64,000 nt of DNA from a virus (lineage: Duplodnaviria > Caudoviricetes): IMG/VR virus record IMGVR_UViG_3300025944_000010, positions 3,069 to 67,068 of that record; one strand, given 5' to 3'. A program made the translations under genes and the position numbers. Numbering within the stretch: the first letter of the stretch is position 1; each line of letters opens with the position of its first letter. The notes beneath the pieces were generated by a model. It made no database searches. It saw only the letters and a program-made list of their open reading frames with translations, and was not told where the DNA came from. Positions 55,245 through 63,827 of the stretch are shown piece after piece.

Positions 55245-55247
55245 AGC

Positions 55248-55487
55248 ATGAGTGAACAGACTTCATACCGTTGCGATATTTGCAAAGTAGAAAAGCAGGA
55301 AACCAATCATTGGTATAAGGGATACCATAGAAGTAGTGCCTCTGATCTTAACGGCATCATGATTGTTTCATGGAACACTAATAAAATAACAGCGGGCGTT
55401 ACGCTAGAACTAGGAAAACCAGACGCTCATCTCTGTGGCGAAGCACATGCAATCGAGTGGGCAAGCAAGAATCTATCCAAGAGGTAA
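55248..55487 (+). CDS. Small Zn-binding protein
   Basis: CDIC...HLCGEAH. Confidence 0.6.
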   Translation: MSEQTSYRCDICKVEKQETNHWYKGYHRSSASDLNGIMIVSWNTNKITAGVTLELGKPDAHLCGEAHAIEWASKNLSKR

Positions 55488-55490
55488 AAA

Positions 55491-55865
55491 GTGAACCTAG
55501 AATCCGCCGTCCGTAACGCCATTAACGAACTAAACGCCACTACTGGATACCCGCCTCACTTTGTAAACGCTCCTCATATCCGAGAGATAGGCGCAAAACT
55601 AGAATCGGCGTTGACTGATTCAAAACCTATCACACTTCGAGATGATGTAGCGGCCTTTGCTCAAAAGATGTCGGATGTAATGGGAGAAAAAGAGCAAGAT
55701 AAAGGCAGTGCGGAATTGCTGCCAATTTCCGAGCCACTCATGAAACTGGATTTCTATGTACAAAGCCTGAAAGAATTCGGAGCACTCAACAATCCAGAGC
55801 AGATGCGTAGAACACTAATCCACATCGCAAACTTTGCGATGATAGCGGAGAGCAAGATCAAATGA
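55491..55865 (+). CDS. Hypothetical protein
   Basis: ORF track; C-terminus resembles dATP/dGTP pyrophosphohydrolase-like helices (weak). Confidence 0.55.
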   Translation: MNLESAVRNAINELNATTGYPPHFVNAPHIREIGAKLESALTDSKPITLRDDVAAFAQKMSDVMGEKEQDKGSAELLPISEPLMKLDFYVQSLKEFGALNNPEQMRRTLIHIANFAMIAESKIK

Positions 55866-56152
55866 ATTTCTCCGAAGAAGACATCAAGCGCACAGGACTA
55901 CCGAGAGATGTAATGGAATTAATCCATGACCTCTGCTACCACGTAAGCAATAACCTTCGCGGAACGCTGGATGATCGAGCGGTAGAAAACTATGTGGTAC
56001 GGGCGCAGAATATTCTCAAGCTAGACAAATGTGAGAAGTGCGATGGCATAGATGGCAAGCACAGTATTAATTGCCCGTTGCTGGGAGATTTAATTTTAAA
56101 ATACTGCAATGAATGTCATCGAAAAATAACTGGAGTGCCAATAAATTGGTAA
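55862..56152 (+). CDS. Hypothetical protein
   Basis: ATGA overlap with the previous gene. Confidence 0.55.
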   Translation: MNFSEEDIKRTGLPRDVMELIHDLCYHVSNNLRGTLDDRAVENYVVRAQNILKLDKCEKCDGIDGKHSINCPLLGDLILKYCNECHRKITGVPINW

Positions 56153-56284
56153 AAACGGAAGATGGACATATTGCGGAGAACGATGCCGCGAAATATACGA
56201 ATCACGATAGTCTTACCGTAAGACTTGAGTTAACGAAACAATCAAGCTATCATTGGAAACGTCAAAAATAAAATCGGAAACGCC

Positions 56285-56743
56285 ATGGCTGAGACTCAAG
56301 CAATCATTCAAATAAAAAAAGTAGCATTCCCGCGAAAGAAGAAACCACGCGGAAAGGGCAAGCCATTCGAGAAAGGCAATCAGCACGCTATTGCCAAAGG
56401 CGAGAAAAGAAATCCCAAAGGATTAAACCAATGGGGTAATGGGGCTACGCTAATCAGCGAAGCAGCGAGGCAGCATTTACAGCGCAAGGTTCCGAAACAT
56501 ATAGCGAAGCTTCTAGGGTGCGACGAAGGCATCACGTTTGCAGAAGCCCTAACGATAAGCGCAAGCATTCATGGCATCAATGGAAACATGGTAGCGGTAA
56601 AGGAATTGCGCGAGATCACCGAAGGCAAGACTCCAGAAACTATTTACTTATCAGGCGGAAAAGACAAGGATGGAGAAACATTGCCGGTAGCTACTACAGC
56701 GACATTGAATGTAGTATTTGTCGATTCTCCCGAGAAAAAATGA
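56285..56743 (+). CDS. terS: Terminase small subunit
   Basis: KPFEKGN......NP.G motif, A.KEL....EGK; directly upstream of terL. Confidence 0.78.
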   Translation: MAETQAIIQIKKVAFPRKKKPRGKGKPFEKGNQHAIAKGEKRNPKGLNQWGNGATLISEAARQHLQRKVPKHIAKLLGCDEGITFAEALTISASIHGINGNMVAVKELREITEGKTPETIYLSGGKDKDGETLPVATTATLNVVFVDSPEKK

Positions 56744-58093
56744 TTGCCTCATCCTGATATCCAATTTCCCCGCAAGGCGCAGATACTTTTCAGACCAGCG
56801 CGTTACAAGGTGCTCTACTCAGGGCGCGGAGCGGCAAAGAGCTGGTCAGTAGCAAGAGCGTTAATCCTTAAGGCCCACACAACGCAGAGAGATTCAGACG
56901 GACTCCCATTCCGTATTCTCTGTGCAAGAGAAATACAGACATCAATCAAAGATTCAGTCCACTCTCTGCTAAAAACCCAGATTGTAAAACTAGGGCTACA
57001 GAATGATTTCAAAATCACGGATACATCCATAGTCAGCCGAAGGACAGGAGCGGAGTTCATTTTCAAGGGACTGCGCACGAACGTAGAAGAAGCCGTGAAG
57101 TCCATGGAAGATGTGGATATCTGCTGGATAGAAGAAGCGCAGAGCGTGAGTAAAAAATCATGGGACATTCTTGGGCCATCCATACGTAAGCCGGGAAGCG
57201 AGATTTGGCTTACCTTCAACCCAGACGACGAAAGAGACGACACGTACCAAAGGTTTGTAGTTAATCCCCCAGAAAATTCTCTAGTAGTAAAAATGTACTG
57301 GTACGAGAACCCATGGTTCACGCCTGAACTGGAATCGGAAAGGATGATCCTAAAACGTAAGGCGGATGCGAACCCGGAGATATTTGCCGATGATTATGCG
57401 CACATCTGGGAAGGAGAGCCAAAGAAAGTATCTGAGGCTGTAATCTTCAAGGGAAGGTACGATATCATCTCGTTCGATTGGAAAGAAGTCTTACGCAGGT
57501 ATGGACAAGAGGAAGGACAGATTAGATGGTTTCATGGTAACGACTTCGGATTTGCGAATGATCCGAACTATCTAGGCAGGAATTTCATCACAGAAAAAAT
57601 AGATCAAACGACAGGCGAGAAAAAAGAAGAGCTATGGATACAGGATGAATGTTTTGGCTATGGAACTGAAATCGACAATCTGCCTGATTTGTTTGATGGC
57701 AAGGTGCCTAATAAGCGCGGGATAGATACAGTGAGAACGTGGCCAATAAAAGCGGACTGCGCAAGGCCAGAGATAATCAGTTATCTATCGCGTCATGGCT
57801 TCAATATATCGGCTGCGGAGAAATGGCCGGGAAGCGTAGAGGATGGAATAGCGCATCTCAGGATGTTCGAGAAAATACACATCCACAAAGAGAACTGCCC
57901 ATTGGCGCAAGATCAAGCGCGATTATATTCATACAAGGTGGACAAAAAAGTAGTGGACAAGGACGGAAGGCCGCAAGTGCTGCCAGTGGTAGTGGACGCG
58001 CATAACGATTTTTGGGATCAAGTTCGCTACTCACTAGATGGTTACATACAGCGCAGAGGAGTAGATGCAATTTGGGCGAAGCTGGGACAGTAG
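56744..58093 (+). CDS. terL: Terminase large subunit (PBSX family)
   Basis: KVLYSGRGAAKSW, LCAREIQ.SI.DSV, WIEEAQ, L.PSIRK.GSEIW.TFNP, DFGFANDP, H..D..RYSL. Confidence 0.95.
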   Translation: MPHPDIQFPRKAQILFRPARYKVLYSGRGAAKSWSVARALILKAHTTQRDSDGLPFRILCAREIQTSIKDSVHSLLKTQIVKLGLQNDFKITDTSIVSRRTGAEFIFKGLRTNVEEAVKSMEDVDICWIEEAQSVSKKSWDILGPSIRKPGSEIWLTFNPDDERDDTYQRFVVNPPENSLVVKMYWYENPWFTPELESERMILKRKADANPEIFADDYAHIWEGEPKKVSEAVIFKGRYDIISFDWKEVLRRYGQEEGQIRWFHGNDFGFANDPNYLGRNFITEKIDQTTGEKKEELWIQDECFGYGTEIDNLPDLFDGKVPNKRGIDTVRTWPIKADCARPEIISYLSRHGFNISAAEKWPGSVEDGIAHLRMFEKIHIHKENCPLAQDQARLYSYKVDKKVVDKDGRPQVLPVVVDAHNDFWDQVRYSLDGYIQRRGVDAIWAKLGQ

Positions 58094-58112
58094 TTGTGTT
58101 AATATGATAACT

Positions 58113-58427
58113 ATGGACAAAACAACTCAAGAGGTATTCCGCGAAAGAGCATTACTGTCAGCCGATCTAGCTGCAAAACTTTACGATGCCGAACCAAGCG
58201 ATAGGCTAGAAATGCTTCCAATACTCAGCTCTGCTGAATTGGAACAATTAGAGCACTTGGGCAAGGGTGCCGTTTGGGATGGATATTTGATTTCAAAGAA
58301 CGCCAGAACAAGCCTATGTCTAATTGGGCTAGCGTCAAGATGGAACGGAATGAATTTTATTACTCAGGCTGGAATGGCTGTACTTGATACCCTGAAGAGC
58401 ATTGTAATTAGAGAAAAATCAAAATGA
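58113..58427 (+). CDS. Hypothetical insert between terL and portal
   Basis: GAVWDG.LISK..R..L...GLA motif. Confidence 0.6.
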   Translation: MDKTTQEVFRERALLSADLAAKLYDAEPSDRLEMLPILSSAELEQLEHLGKGAVWDGYLISKNARTSLCLIGLASRWNGMNFITQAGMAVLDTLKSIVIREKSK

Positions 58428-58744
58428 GTCAAGCTAAGGGTTACACATACTTCGGAGCAGAGCGTAAGCCAATCGCAATCAAAAAGTCTCCCCGTAAGAC
58501 TTTTACCGAAAGATTGCGCGAGATCGTGGCTGAAGTAATGGGAGTGGATACGGAAGAAGTCACCGATTCCTACCAGATCAAACACGAAACCGAATTGATG
58601 CCCAATGGCCTATTTGAATTGATTGAGTTATCGGTAGCGATTGAAAACGAATGGGGACTTGGGGAAGTGTTTACATCGGAAAATGAGGATGTGTTTGAAA
58701 GTTTTGGGACGCTGCTGGAGTTCGTGAAAGAAAAAGTAAAGTGA
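58424..58744 (+). CDS. Acyl-carrier-protein-like protein lacking the DSL serine
   Basis: ERLREIVAEVMGVD.EEV.....ELIELSVAIENEWGL......FESFG.LLEFV mirrors AcpP; NGL in place of DSL. Confidence 0.65.
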   Translation: MSQAKGYTYFGAERKPIAIKKSPRKTFTERLREIVAEVMGVDTEEVTDSYQIKHETELMPNGLFELIELSVAIENEWGLGEVFTSENEDVFESFGTLLEFVKEKVK

Positions 58745-59463
58745 GGCACATTGTCGCTTTATCTGGCGGATGGGATTCAACCGCACTAGCCCTACGTCTA
58801 GCGGAAGTTGAGCCAATGGAATATGAATATATCTGTACTCCTACTGGCGCAGAACTTCCGGAAATGCAGGAGCATTGGAACCATCTTGAATCTTTGCTTG
58901 GTAAACCTCTCAATAAATTAACTACAGGCAGGACTCTACAGGGACTAGTAGTTATTCAAAAATCACTGCCGAATGTGTGGATGCGCTGGTGTACTCGATT
59001 GCTAAAAATAGAGCCATTTCAAGATTACATCTTGGATAATCGTCCATGTGTTGTACACGTTGGAATCAGGGCCGACGAAGTAGAAGAACGCGACGGAGTA
59101 GCATGGGAAGAAATTGACGGCGTACAGCGTAGCTATGATTTAGTTAGGTGGGGATGGGGAATACGCCAAGTAGTTGAATACTGCCGAAAGAGAAAAGCAG
59201 AACCTCCATTAAGAACAGATTGCGATTGTTGCTTCTTTCAAACACTTTGGGAATGGTATCAATTCTGGCTGTTATATCCAGACACATGGATGCAAAGGGA
59301 AGCATTGGAAGATTTAACGGGGCATACATTTAGATCACCTAGCCGCGATACTTGGCCAGCGTCCATGAGGGGATTACGCTCATTGTTTGAAGCGGGACAC
59401 ATCCCTAAAAAGCGACAAACAATGAAAGACAGAAAAGCAATGTGCTCTACTTGCGCAAGATAA
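58741..59463 (+). CDS. PAPS-reductase-family (PP-loop) protein
   Basis: IVALSGGWDS.AL, RWCTR.LKI, VGIRADE, C.CCFFQ. Confidence 0.8.
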   Translation: MRHIVALSGGWDSTALALRLAEVEPMEYEYICTPTGAELPEMQEHWNHLESLLGKPLNKLTTGRTLQGLVVIQKSLPNVWMRWCTRLLKIEPFQDYILDNRPCVVHVGIRADEVEERDGVAWEEIDGVQRSYDLVRWGWGIRQVVEYCRKRKAEPPLRTDCDCCFFQTLWEWYQFWLLYPDTWMQREALEDLTGHTFRSPSRDTWPASMRGLRSLFEAGHIPKKRQTMKDRKAMCSTCAR

Positions 59464-59524
59464 AACATTCCTAGGCAATCCATCGCCATTACTGTAAAGT
59501 AGAAAAGTCTCACGGTAAGACTAA

Positions 59525-60943
59525 ATGGCGACGAAGAAAACCACTAAAAAAACGATTCCAGTAAAATCCAAAGACTCGCAAGAGGTATTTGATTCCTTCC
59601 GCAACTTCGCCGCTGGAATAGGTTACGGCACAAACAACATATCTTCAGGTGGAACGTATGGGTACAACCCAATAACTCAGTATCGTCCGTTGCTGGAATG
59701 GATGCACAGAGGGCAGGGGTTATGCGGAACGATTGTCGATTGCGTAGCGGATGACATGACAAGGGCTGGAGTTGATATTAAGGGCGACATGAGGCCAGAA
59801 GATATTGAACAAGTAAACGAATCAGCGGTAGAGCTAGGAATCTGGAATAGCACAAATGAAGTAGTGAAATGGTCAAGGCTGTACGGTGGATGCTTGGGAG
59901 TGATTCTGATTGATGGGCAGGATTTATCGACTCCGTTCCGAGTTGAATCAGTGGGAAAAGATCAGTTCAAAGGAATACTACCGTTAGACCGTTGGATGGT
60001 AAATCCAAGCGTGGAAGATACGGTAAAAGACTTTGGGCCTAACTATGGTCTGCCAAAGTATTACAGCGTGATTGCCACGGCTCCGGCATTGGTAGGAATG
60101 CGAATCCATTACAGCCGAGTAATGAGATTGAGTGGAATAAAACTTCCGTGGTGGCAAGCGATTACCTTACAGTTTTGGGGAGAAAGTATATTTGAAAGAA
60201 TTTGGGACATCCTGTTAGCTCTAAACTCATCCACTCAGGGCATAGCGCAGTTGATGTACAAGCTGCACTTGAGGACTTACACGGTTGAGGGCTTGCGTCA
60301 GTTGGTATCTTCAGGTGGCCCGGGATTGGCCGGATTGATGGCGCAAGTAAACTTCATGCGCTCTACGCAGTCAAATGAAGGCATGACGCTGCTGGATGCC
60401 AAAGATAAGATGGAGAATTTTCAGAATAATTCAGTGAGTGGAGCGAGTGATGTTCTGATTCATTTTCTGGAGCAGATAAGCGGATCAGTACAGATTCCAC
60501 TCGTGAGATTACTAGGCCAGAGTCCAGCGGGATTGAACGCAACGGGCGAAGCAGATTTAAGAACGTACTATGACGAAATAGCGCGTCAACAAAATTCAAC
60601 TCTTAAGGTTCCAATTACTATGGTCTATCGTTGCATCGTGCAAAGTCTAGGCAAGGAATGGCCAGATGGTACGACCATAGGATTTAGACCATTGTGGCAA
60701 TTGAATGCTACGGAAAAAGCGGACATAGCGACGAAGATAACAGACAGCGCGATTAAGCTTACCGAAGCGGGAATCATTTCAAATCAGGTGGCGCTAAAAG
60801 AGTTGAAGCAATCGAGCGAAGAAACGGGATTCGGCAGCAATATTTCAGACGAAGATATAAACAATGCAGAATCCGAGCCAGCGCCATTGCCGGAATTGGA
60901 AGAGGTTGCGGAGATCAAGACTCAGGGACAGGAAAGCGAGTAA
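59525..60943 (+). CDS. Portal protein (DUF1073 family)
   Basis: VD..ADDMTR.G, W.RLYGG, LDRW.V.P, H.SRV.R..G, IPLVRLLGQSPAGLNATGE.DLR.YYD.I. Confidence 0.93.
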   Translation: MATKKTTKKTIPVKSKDSQEVFDSFRNFAAGIGYGTNNISSGGTYGYNPITQYRPLLEWMHRGQGLCGTIVDCVADDMTRAGVDIKGDMRPEDIEQVNESAVELGIWNSTNEVVKWSRLYGGCLGVILIDGQDLSTPFRVESVGKDQFKGILPLDRWMVNPSVEDTVKDFGPNYGLPKYYSVIATAPALVGMRIHYSRVMRLSGIKLPWWQAITLQFWGESIFERIWDILLALNSSTQGIAQLMYKLHLRTYTVEGLRQLVSSGGPGLAGLMAQVNFMRSTQSNEGMTLLDAKDKMENFQNNSVSGASDVLIHFLEQISGSVQIPLVRLLGQSPAGLNATGEADLRTYYDEIARQQNSTLKVPITMVYRCIVQSLGKEWPDGTTIGFRPLWQLNATEKADIATKITDSAIKLTEAGIISNQVALKELKQSSEETGFGSNISDEDINNAESEPAPLPELEEVAEIKTQGQESE

Positions 60944-60982
60944 AAGTCTCACAGTCATACAAAATAGGTTATAATGATAACC

Positions 60983-61129
60983 ATGAAACTTAAACCCCCC
61001 AAAAATAAAAACGATTATGATTGGATAAGTTGGTTGATAGATAGATTCAGTTGGACTTTTCCTGTTTCCATATTGATAGCGGTAGCTATTGGAATATTTC
61101 TAGGGATGTTAGTTACAGGGAAAATTTAA
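60983..61129 (+). CDS. Small membrane protein
   Basis: SILIAVAIGIFLGMLV TM segment; operator GTTATAATGATAAC just upstream. Confidence 0.45.
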   Translation: MKLKPPKNKNDYDWISWLIDRFSWTFPVSILIAVAIGIFLGMLVTGKI

Positions 61130-61324
61130 ATGAAATCAATCTCCATCACTTACGACGAAACAACCGCTAACTTAAACCTTTCCAGCCAAGGATTAACTGA
61201 AGCTGAAGTGCTGGTATTTTTAATGGAAGCACAGCAGAAGGTTAAGGACTGTGTTGTGGAAGCGTTAAAGAAAAAATCCAGTGGGATCATAACGCCGCAT
61301 TTGATGCGACCGCCAATAGCGTAA
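61130..61324 (+). CDS. Hypothetical protein
   Basis: ORF track. Confidence 0.55.
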   Translation: MKSISITYDETTANLNLSSQGLTEAEVLVFLMEAQQKVKDCVVEALKKKSSGIITPHLMRPPIA

Positions 61325-61337
61325 AGGCATTACCTAA

Positions 61338-62093
61338 ATGCCTCTCACTCCAGCACAAATACGTAACGCAACCCGCCAGAGATTCAATCGTGCACGTATC
61401 GCACAAATCAGTTATGAACGACAGTTAGCCCAAGTAGGACGCCACACAGGGCACATCATCAAAGGAATGGCACCAGAGGGCGTTATAAGCGATCTAGGGG
61501 CTATACAGCGCATCCTCACACAGTATTCGGACATCTTGCAGCCATGGGCCAAGTCGATAGTTGAAAGAATGACGGCTGAAGTCTCGCAGAGAGACATTCG
61601 CGCATGGGCTGAATTGGGAAGATCAATCGGGCAATCACTCAAAAAAGAAATACTAAACGCTCCGACTGGAATCGCTTTACGTGAGCAGATGCAGGAGCAG
61701 ATAAAAAGTATTACCAGTTTGCCGTTGGAAGCCGCGCAGAGATTGAACGAATTAACTTTACGTGGAATCACAGAGGGAACGCGAACGCCTGAGATTGTGG
61801 AAGCAATATTAAATTCAGGCAATGTAAGTATCAGCCGAGCAAAAATGATTGCGCGAACACAGGTTGCGACAACGGCGAGTAAGTTGACGGAAGTCAGGGC
61901 AGTGCATATTGGGAGTCCGGGTTATCTGTGGCGGACATCGCAAGATTCGGACGTAAGATTATTCCATCGAAAACTTGAAGGAAAATTTATCGAATGGGGC
62001 AACCCTCCGATTGTCGATAAAAATGGACGTAGAGCACATGCAGGGCAGGACTTTCAGTGTCGCTGCTACCAAGAAGTGATCGTTCCCGATTAG
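61338..62093 (+). CDS. Head morphogenesis protein (Mu F-like)
   Basis: RA..IARTQV, YLWRTS.D..VR..H..LEG....W..PP, HAG..FQCRC. Confidence 0.92.
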   Translation: MPLTPAQIRNATRQRFNRARIAQISYERQLAQVGRHTGHIIKGMAPEGVISDLGAIQRILTQYSDILQPWAKSIVERMTAEVSQRDIRAWAELGRSIGQSLKKEILNAPTGIALREQMQEQIKSITSLPLEAAQRLNELTLRGITEGTRTPEIVEAILNSGNVSISRAKMIARTQVATTASKLTEVRAVHIGSPGYLWRTSQDSDVRLFHRKLEGKFIEWGNPPIVDKNGRRAHAGQDFQCRCYQEVIVPD

Positions 62094-62114
62094 TCTTACT
62101 GCAAGACTTTTATA

Positions 62115-62143
62115 TTGACCTGCCTGTATTATTTTGATAACAT
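62115..62143 (+). promoter_or_regulatory. sigma70-like promoter with inverted operator
   Basis: TTGACC-17-TAACAT; ATTATTTTGATAAC at 62128-62141. Confidence 0.6.
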
Positions 62144-62149
62144 AAGCCA

Positions 62150-62434
62150 ATGTTGAAACCCAATCAGACATCAGGCCCAGATTCAGGGGCGCTACAACGG
62201 CTCTTTGAAGTTCGCGCAAACGGCGAAACGCTGCATATTGTGGGCCGGGATCAGGTAGCGGAGCTTATTGGATTGCTTGGACAATCGTTGGTAGACGCTA
62301 CAGAAGTTGACAGCGAACCGATTGAACATTCATGGACGCAGCGCTGGGATCATCACCCAATAAAAATGGAATGCCGCCACATGCTACTGCCGATGAAACA
62401 AATCAAGAAATTGAAACAGGGCGGCCATGACTGA
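62150..62434 (+). CDS. Hypothetical protein
   Basis: Behind promoter 62115. Confidence 0.55.
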   Translation: MLKPNQTSGPDSGALQRLFEVRANGETLHIVGRDQVAELIGLLGQSLVDATEVDSEPIEHSWTQRWDHHPIKMECRHMLLPMKQIKKLKQGGHD

Positions 62435-62470
62435 CACTTCAGGGGCGCAGCGGATAGCGCGGGAGGGGAA

Positions 62471-62914
62471 ATGAAACCAGTTTTTCAAACTAAGTTTGCT
62501 CTTGGCAAAGGTGATTGCCTTAATGCTGCTATTGCCTCAGTGCTTGAGCGGCCATTGGACGATATCCCGTATTTGGCTGGGGCTGAGGATGGCCGATGGT
62601 TCGAGCGGCTTTATGCGTGGTGCAAGGCTGAGCAAATCGGACTGATGTGTTTACAGCCGGGAGATACAACCGCATTCATCATGGCCAATTTCTATTGTGT
62701 GCTGATCCATGAAGTCATTGGCGTACCAGAAGAAAATCACGCGGTTGTGGGCTACGTTCAGCGCGGCCCAAGCCCCGATGGTCAGTTTGAATGGACGTGC
62801 CAAGAGGTTCACGACCCGAATAGGGGCCGCCACAAGTTAGGCGAGTTGGTTCACATTATTGTGCTAATTCCAGCACCCGCAGCGCAACCACAAGAAAGAG
62901 CGATGGCCGGGTAA
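62471..62914 (+). CDS. Hypothetical protein (Cys-His peptidase-like pattern)
   Basis: GDC..A.IAS.LE.PLD.IP, HAVV, HDP motifs. Confidence 0.65.
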   Translation: MKPVFQTKFALGKGDCLNAAIASVLERPLDDIPYLAGAEDGRWFERLYAWCKAEQIGLMCLQPGDTTAFIMANFYCVLIHEVIGVPEENHAVVGYVQRGPSPDGQFEWTCQEVHDPNRGRHKLGELVHIIVLIPAPAAQPQERAMAG

Positions 62915-62976
62915 GGGGCCCAGAACGTAGCTTCACCGGAGCACGGCTGTAACAAATAGAAAAATAATTCTGAAAT

Positions 62977-63558
62977 TTGGGGCGACCTATGAGCTTAGCA
63001 GAGCGGGGAAAGACGGAGCGGAAGGGCGATTGGATTCAAACGTTCAGCGGCTTGCAGTTTTGGCCTCTTGATCCGCGACCAGAAGAAATCAACATTGAGG
63101 ACATAGCTCACGCGCTTGCTATGCAATGCCGATATTCAGGCCATGTAGAAACGTTCTACAGCGTGGCCGATCATTCTATCCGCGTGGCTGAAATCGTCAC
63201 TGAGCCACTGAAACTAGCAGCCCTGCTGCATGATGCCGCAGAAGCCTACTTGGTGGACTTGCCGCGACCGATAAAGCGGTTCTCTGAGCTTGGCAGGCAC
63301 TACCGCGAGATCGAGGATGCGCTTTGCATAGTCATATGCGAAAGATTCGGGCTTGCGCCTGAAGCGTTCGACGATCCATCAATTAAACATTGCGATAACG
63401 TGCTGCTTTCGACAGAGAAACGCGACCTGATGAAGATTCCGCCTAAAGCGTGGTTTGAAACCGAGCCGCCACTGGAAACAAAAATAGTACCGCTCACATG
63501 GCGAGAATCGGAGAAGAAATTTCTTGAAACATTCAACACATTGGCGGTGGCCCGATGA
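62977..63558 (+). CDS. HD-domain phosphohydrolase (YfbR-like 5'-nucleotidase)
   Basis: I.IEDIAHAL...CRY.GH...FYSVA.HS, ALLHDAAEAY..D.P.P.K. Confidence 0.88.
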   Translation: MGRPMSLAERGKTERKGDWIQTFSGLQFWPLDPRPEEINIEDIAHALAMQCRYSGHVETFYSVADHSIRVAEIVTEPLKLAALLHDAAEAYLVDLPRPIKRFSELGRHYREIEDALCIVICERFGLAPEAFDDPSIKHCDNVLLSTEKRDLMKIPPKAWFETEPPLETKIVPLTWRESEKKFLETFNTLAVAR

Positions 63559-63806
63559 CTGGTGAAGTAGAACGCGCCAAGGCTTTCTATGAAAGTGGAA
63601 TGTATGAAGGCGATCACGATTTTTCGGTAAGCAGCGCGTGTCAATTTGCAGCCGCCTTTGCCCAATCCGAACGTTCCTCAGCCATAAAGGACGCAAGAGA
63701 AGAGTGCGCGAGGATTGCGGACAGAATTCGCATGACCGGAGTTAACAATCCCCGAGAGGCGGCAGAGCGTATTGCAGCGGCGATCCGCGCTCTAGGCGAA
63801 CGGTAA
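63555..63806 (+). CDS. Hypothetical protein
   Basis: AREECARI...IAAAIRAL motif common in phage small proteins. Confidence 0.6.
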   Translation: MTGEVERAKAFYESGMYEGDHDFSVSSACQFAAAFAQSERSSAIKDAREECARIADRIRMTGVNNPREAAERIAAAIRALGER

Positions 63807-63827
63807 AGGGGAGGAGAGAGGAAAACA

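Larger units (their letters stand above)
1138..62107. repeat. Dispersed 15-bp palindrome GTCTTAC-N-GTAAGAC, 34 sites (+1 weaker)
   Basis: Read directly. Perfect copies start at 1138, 4341, 12355, 14355, 16450, 32917, 33874, 42976, 45619, 50541, 56210. One mismatch: 19482, 27610, 29885, 39153, 40850, 41051, 48881, 59507, 62093. Two mismatches: 11344, 19832, 23723, 25040, 25734, 36050, 37359, 43998, 47304, 51812, 54846, 58486 (and 7721 inside a CDS). Three mismatches: 6483, 60946. Confidence 0.97.

Noticed and set aside
1138-62107. 15-bp palindrome as a CRISPR repeat or mini-array
   Set aside because: Copies are kilobases apart, separated by genes rather than 30-40 nt spacers, and there are no cas genes.
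1138-62107. 15-bp palindrome as an intrinsic terminator or RNA hairpin
   Set aside because: Only a 5-6 bp AT-rich stem, no U-tract, and common variants create C-A mismatches without compensation.
1138-62107. Identity with canonical parS (TGTTTCACGTGAAACA), matS (GTGACRNYGTCAC) or known LexA boxes
   Set aside because: Sequence and length do not match those consensuses as I know them.
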